Shown: positions 59,725 to 64,000 of the stretch, one piece after another
Position numbering within the stretch: position 1 is the stretch's first letter
Layout: the number at the start of each line of letters is the position of its first letter
DNA from: an uncultured Desulfarculus sp.
Lineage (GTDB): Bacteria; Desulfobacterota; Desulfarculia; Desulfarculales; Desulfarculaceae
Assembly (NCBI GenBank): GCA_963665125.2
Contig: CAXXUK010000002.1
Location: forward strand, 1,120,001 to 1,184,000
Direction: 5' to 3'
Length of the DNA stretch: 64,000 nucleotides
Position numbers and translations under genes: made by a program
The notes under the pieces: generated by a model
What the model saw: only the letters and a program-made list of their open reading frames with translations
What the model was told of the DNA's origin: nothing
Database searches by the model: none

Positions 59725-60579
59725 TTATACCGTTGTGAAAATAATGCCGCTCCAGCCCAGACGCCGGACCTGACGGCGAGGGCGCATAGCGGCGCGGGAA
59801 AACGCCTCGATGATTTCGGGCTCCGCCTCGTTGCGGAAGCCGCTGGTTACCAGGCAGCCGCCCGGAGCGGTCATCTCGGCCAAATTTTTGCCAAGGGCCA
59901 TGAGCAGCGGGCCGGGCAGGTTGGCGGCCACCAACCCATAGCGTCCGCTGACGCATTCATGGGTGCCCTGGGCGAAATGGACCAGCGGACCGGCCAGGGG
60001 ATTGAGAGACTGGTTGCGTTGGCAGGCCCGGCGGGCCGCCGGGTCCGGGTCCACGGCCAGGACCGTCAGGCCGCCCTTGAGGGCCATGGCCAAGGCCAGC
60101 ACGCCTGTGCCCGCTCCGATATCGGCGGCCCATGAACCCGGCTCGGGTACCGGCCCCGCTTGGCCAGTGAAAAATTCGGCAAGTAGGGCCAGGTTTAGCC
60201 AGGTGCTGGGGTGCTCGCCCGAGCCGAAGGCCGTGAGCGGATCGATTATCACGGTGTCCGAGTCCGCGGCAATGCCGCTGCCCGCGGCGGCCAGGCACAG
60301 GCCTGGCCCGATTTCGCTGCTCACCGGCTTGGTCCAGATTTGCACCGGGTCCGCTGTGCACATGTATGCAACGCGTTCGATTTGATATTCCGCAGCCGCC
60401 GATTGAACGAAATCACGGTTTTGGGGCGTGTCGGCCCAAATCGTCCATACGGCGCTTTGCCTGATCATCACATGGGCCGCGCCCGCCTTGCGCATGGTTC
60501 GGGCCAAACGCCGGGACTTGTCGGAGTCTTGGCAGATAAAACGCGCATCTATCCAGGAGTTATGCCGGTTTGATTCCAT
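59725..60579 (-). CDS. prmA: Ribosomal protein L11 methyltransferase-like
   Basis: IDPLTAFGSGEHPST, DIGAGTGVLA, VAANL and LVTSG. Confidence 0.75.
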   Translation of the reverse strand: MESNRHNSWIDARFICQDSDKSRRLARTMRKAGAAHVMIRQSAVWTIWADTPQNRDFVQSAAAEYQIERVAYMCTADPVQIWTKPVSSEIGPGLCLAAAGSGIAADSDTVIIDPLTAFGSGEHPSTWLNLALLAEFFTGQAGPVPEPGSWAADIGAGTGVLALAMALKGGLTVLAVDPDPAARRACQRNQSLNPLAGPLVHFAQGTHECVSGRYGLVAANLPGPLLMALGKNLAEMTAPGGCLVTSGFRNEAEPEIIEAFSRAAMRPRRQVRRLGWSGIIFTTV

Positions 60580-60799
60580 TTGCCCGCGCAGACGTGGGTA
60601 AGTTGGGTTGAAGATTCGCTGATGTTATACTTTGCGGCCGTAATGCGCAACCATTGCCGGTGTTGAGCGGATGCTGTTTTTTTGATAAAAAACTCCTTGA
60701 TTCATTGCACAAACCGATATTATGCCCTATTTTTTTAGTAATAATTTGGCATAACGCTCCCCACGGCCCGGCGGGGCGCTTAAAGAAAGGCGATGCAAC

Positions 60800-61138
60800 A
60801 TGGTGGAAGTCACTCCGAGCGCCAATGAGGCGATCAAAGAGTTCCTGAAGGAACGCAATCTCGAGTCTGCGCTGAGAGTATATCTCCAGTCCGGCGGCTG
60901 AGGCGGCCCGTCCTTGCGCTTGGTTCTGGATGAACCAAAGGACAACGACGACAGCTACGAGTTCGATGGCCTGACCTATCTGATCGACAAGGAATTGTCG
61001 GAACTCAGCGGAGATGTAAAGGTTGATTTTGTTGACAACGGCTGGCAAAAAGGATTTGCCATCAGTTCCGCGAAGCCCCTGGGCGGCGGAGGCTGTAGTG
61101 GCGACAGTTGCAGCACCGGCGGAAGCTGTTCCTGCTAG
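60800..61138 (+). CDS. HesB/IscA-like selenoprotein (Sec at codon 34)
   Basis: ATG 60800 with AAAGG RBS; MVEVT...LRVYLQSGG-TGA-GGPSLRLVLDEP in frame; the paralogue has Cys; hairpin follows the TGA. Confidence 0.92.
60910..60943 (+). promoter_or_regulatory. Bacterial SECIS element
   Basis: GUCCU-UGCGC-UUGGUUC-[UGGAU]-GAACCAA-AGGAC, starting 9 nt after the UGA; G in the apical loop. Confidence 0.85.
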
Positions 61139-61164
61139 CTCGTTGAATAAAATACGATATTGAT

Positions 61165-61198
61165 GGGCGGACCCCCTTGGGGGTCCGCTTATTTTTTT
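61165..61198 (+). terminator. Intrinsic terminator
   Basis: GCGGACCCCC-TT-GGGGGTCCGC followed by TTATTTTTTT. Confidence 0.85.
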
Positions 61199-61282
61199 GC
61201 CGGGTTGCGTGGCCTGAAATAATGCCTATCATGACAATAGGAAATAAATGGGCGGAAAACCGCCTGGGAAAGGATGATCAAA

Positions 61283-61615
61283 ATGCTGCAAGTAACCGAA
61301 AGCGCCCGCCAGGCGGTAAAGAATTTCATGGAACAGAATAACCTGACCTCGGCCATCAGGGTCTTTCAGGGAATGGGAGGCTGTTCCGGGCCGCAACTGG
61401 CGATAAAGGTAGATGAGCCCAAGGATAACGACGAGCAGTTTGAATACGACGGCCAGGTTTATGTGGTCGACAAGGGCCTGGACCTGATGACCGGCGGAAT
61501 CACGCTGGACTTCATCGAGGTCGATGGACGTCAGGGCTTTACCATAGGTACTGTTCGCCCAATGGGCGGCGGCTGTGACTGCAGCTCCGGCTGCGGCGAG
61601 GGCGGCTGCTGCTAG
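61283..61615 (+). CDS. HesB/IscA-like protein, Cys-containing paralogue
   Basis: MLQVTESA..IRVFQGMGGCSGPQLAIKVDEPKDND; Cys-rich tail; AAGGA RBS favours a start at 61283. Confidence 0.9.
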   Translation: MLQVTESARQAVKNFMEQNNLTSAIRVFQGMGGCSGPQLAIKVDEPKDNDEQFEYDGQVYVVDKGLDLMTGGITLDFIEVDGRQGFTIGTVRPMGGGCDCSSGCGEGGCC

Positions 61616-61632
61616 GTGGGAGAAATAGGCGC

Positions 61633-61662
61633 GGGGCGGGTGTGAAAGCCCGCCCCATTTTT
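61633..61662 (+). terminator. Intrinsic terminator between convergent genes
   Basis: GGGGCGGG-N8-CCCGCCCC followed by ATTTTT. Confidence 0.8.
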
Positions 61663-62134
61663 ATTCCTTACGAAAGGCATTGATACGCACCCTCAGCCCG
61701 GCCGCTGCCGGCTCGGGGGCCTTGTCCAGGGCGCCGTAGATGGCGGCCAGACAGGAGCGGACCACCGGGTCCAAGGGGCGGCTGCGCTGCAAATGGGCCA
61801 TGAGGCAGGCCACGTCGGCGGCCAGGTCTCCGGCGTCGCGCTGGCCCAGCCCCAGTCCGCCCGCCTTGGCTATGGCCTCCAAAAGCTTTGGCAGGTCGTC
61901 GGTGCCGGTTGCGGCGGCCTCGGCCCCGGCGATGAGGCCCTTGCCCGCCTCGGTGAGGCGCACCGAGCCGCTAAGCGACACCATTTCCAATAGACCATCG
62001 TTCATCAACCCCACGGCCAGGCCTTCGGCCTGTTGGCGGTCCAGGCCCATGGCAATGGCTTCGGATTTGGCGTTGGCGCTTTCGCCGGCCTGGCTGACGC
62101 GCCGTAAAAGTTCCATTCTGGTTTCGTCGCTCAT
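61661..62134 (-). CDS. Hypothetical protein with a possible winged-helix N-terminus
   Basis: GC-rich coding bias from MSDETRMELL; LMNDGLLE...VRLTEAG wing-like motif. Confidence 0.55.
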   Translation of the reverse strand: MSDETRMELLRRVSQAGESANAKSEAIAMGLDRQQAEGLAVGLMNDGLLEMVSLSGSVRLTEAGKGLIAGAEAAATGTDDLPKLLEAIAKAGGLGLGQRDAGDLAADVACLMAHLQRSRPLDPVVRSCLAAIYGALDKAPEPAAAGLRVRINAFRKE

Positions 62135-62282
62135 GGGCCATCCTTGAGAATGATTAGCGTTTATATAATCTACGATACACCCTTTGGCGGTACAGGCAAT
62201 AGCCTCGTAGCTGGAAAAGCCCTGCTGTGGTAATTTGATGCAACGACTTGTCTTTTCATCTTTTTGATATCGGGGCGCGTAT

Positions 62283-64000
62283 TTGAATTGGGCTGTTGAA
62301 CAATACCACCGCCAGGTTCTGGAAAAAGAGCGGGGCACGGTGATCAAGGACCCCGGCGGGCGGCTGCGGGTGGCGCTGATCTATCCCAACACCTACCAGG
62401 TGGGCCTGGCCAACCTGGGCCTGCAGACCGTGTATCGCCTGGTCAACGACCGCCCCGACGCCCTGTGCGAGCGGGTTTTCCTGCCGGACCGCAACCTGGC
62501 CCCGATCTACGCCAAGGCCAAATCGCCGCTGTTGAGCCTGGAAACCAGCAAGCCCCTGGACTGGTTCGACCTGATCCTGGCCACCATATCCTTTGAAAAC
62601 GACGCGCCCAACCTCGTGGCCATGCTCAAAATGGCCGGGCTGGAGCCGCTGGCCGCCCGACGCGGCGGACCAATGCTGGTGGTCGGCGGGGTCATGGCCA
62701 TGCTCAACCCCGAGCCCCTGGCCGATATAGCCGACGCCTTTTTGCTGGGCGAGGCCGAGGTGGTGCTGGAACCGTTCCTGGACGCCTTTATCAACGGCCC
62801 GGACCTGGAGCGCGCGGCCTTGCAAGAGCACCTGGCCCGCGGCGTGCGGGGCTATTACGCCCCTGAGTTATATGATGTGGCCTACAACGCCGACGGCACC
62901 CTGGCCTCGTTCGAGCCCAGGGGCGACGCGCCGCCGTTGATCCCAGCGCCCAAATATCTCGGACCGGCAAGCGGATTCGCCCGCAGCGTGGTCACCGCGC
63001 CGGGGCCGGAGTTCGGCGACATGGCGCTCATCGAGGTGGGCCGGGGCTGCGCCCACGCCTGCCGGTTCTGCGCGGCGGGCCATGTCTACCGCCCGCCTCG
63101 GCTGGGCGCGGGGCCGGATTTCATCCCGGCGGCCAAAGACGCCTGTGCCGACCGGGGCAGGGTGGGGCTGGTTTCGGCGGCGGTCAGCGATCTGCCCGAC
63201 GTGGACTCCCTGGCCCGCAGCGTCATCGACTGCGGCGGACGGCTATCGGTGAGCAGCGTGCGGGCCGACATGCTTAGCGACGACCTGGCCGATGCCCTGG
63301 CCGCCAGCCGCCACCAGACCGTGGCCCTGGCCCCCGAGGCGGGCAGCGCCAGGCTGCGCCGGGTGATCAACAAACACCTGGACGAAGACCACATGTTCCG
63401 GGCCGTGGAAAAGCTGATCCGGGCCGGGGTGCCCAATTTGCGGCTATATTTCATGATCGGCCTACCCGGCGAGACAGACGAAGACGCCCAGGCCATCGTG
63501 GATCTGACCAAAAAGGTGCGGCAGCAGTTCGTGAGCCTGTCGCGGGAAAAAGGCAAGCTGGGCCTGGTTACGGCGGGGGTGAGCCCCTTCGTGCCCAAGC
63601 CGTGGACGCCGTTCCAATGGGAGGCCATGGCCCCCCTGGCCGACATCAAGCGCCGCGTCAAGCTCATCGAAAAGGGCCTGGCCGGCACGGCCAACGTGAA
63701 GGTCAACCACGAGACGCCCAAATACGCCCGGCTTCAGGCGGTCATCTCCAGGGGCGACCGCAGGTTGTCCGGCCTGCTTTTGGCCCTGGCCGTCGACGGC
63801 AACCCCGAACGGGCCTACAAGGCCGCGGGCATCGACCCCGACTTTTATTCCAACCGCCAACGGCCCAAAGAAGAGCTTTTACCGTGGGCCTTTATTGACC
63901 ACGGCATGCAAGCTGATTATCTTTGGTCCGAGGCCCGGCGGGCCAAGGAAGAAAAACAGTCCCCGGCCTGTGAGCCCCGGACATGCCGCCGCTGCGGCGT
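62283..64000 (+). CDS. Radical SAM protein with B12-binding-like N-domain, partial (runs off the window; absent from the ORF track)
   Basis: TTG start; VALIYPNTYQVGLANLG; EVGRGCAHACRFC (CxxxCxxC at 63048-63071); APEAGS, YFMIGLPGET, FVPKPWTPFQW and C-terminal C..CRRCG. Confidence 0.9.
   Translation, partial: MNWAVEQYHRQVLEKERGTVIKDPGGRLRVALIYPNTYQVGLANLGLQTVYRLVNDRPDALCERVFLPDRNLAPIYAKAKSPLLSLETSKPLDWFDLILATISFENDAPNLVAMLKMAGLEPLAARRGGPMLVVGGVMAMLNPEPLADIADAFLLGEAEVVLEPFLDAFINGPDLERAALQEHLARGVRGYYAPELYDVAYNADGTLASFEPRGDAPPLIPAPKYLGPASGFARSVVTAPGPEFGDMALIEVGRGCAHACRFCAAGHVYRPPRLGAGPDFIPAAKDACADRGRVGLVSAAVSDLPDVDSLARSVIDCGGRLSVSSVRADMLSDDLADALAASRHQTVALAPEAGSARLRRVINKHLDEDHMFRAVEKLIRAGVPNLRLYFMIGLPGETDEDAQAIVDLTKKVRQQFVSLSREKGKLGLVTAGVSPFVPKPWTPFQWEAMAPLADIKRRVKLIEKGLAGTANVKVNHETPKYARLQAVISRGDRRLSGLLLALAVDGNPERAYKAAGIDPDFYSNRQRPKEELLPWAFIDHGMQADYLWSEARRAKEEKQSPACEPRTCRRCG

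Noticed and set aside
59633..59956. Long N-terminal extension of the MCP given in the ORF track
   Set aside because: It overlaps the prmA-like gene in another frame and has non-protein-like composition.
62256..63898. Several short ORFs in the track over this interval
   Set aside because: They are shadows of the plus-strand radical SAM gene that runs off the window.
1..64000. CRISPR arrays, tRNA/rRNA genes, JUMPStart/ops element
   Set aside because: None recognised on reading. The long repeats found are all IS copies. A covariance-model scan was not possible.

Overview
Positions 1 to about 58.1 kb are a mosaic surface-glycan island. It holds a GT-C/deacetylase/sulfatase-like block, and a legionaminic-acid-type operon (legB, legC, neuD-like, neuB, neuC, neuA, ptmE) expanded with a formyltransferase, a PIG-L deacetylase, two SDRs and three Gfo/Idh/MocA oxidoreductases. 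It also holds a WbpA/B/D/E/I diacetamido-uronic acid pathway, a split WbuX plus HisH/HisF amidination module, and a second cassette with a strongly divergent NeuB, a kinase, a second NeuA and several uncharacterised HP-motif GT-B proteins. Nested IS3-family elements and IS110 and IS21 remnants are dense between 32 and 58 kb. From about 58.3 kb the sequence is visibly more GC-rich core genome: an MCP, a prmA-like methyltransferase, two tandem HesB/IscA-like genes and a radical SAM gene. The ORF track splits the first HesB gene. It reads through an in-frame TGA (60899-60901) followed by a clear SECIS-like hairpin, so it is a selenoprotein sitting next to its Cys paralogue. Gene content suggests a sulfate-reducer-type deltaproteobacterium (inference). 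All calls come from motif reading only; no searches were run.
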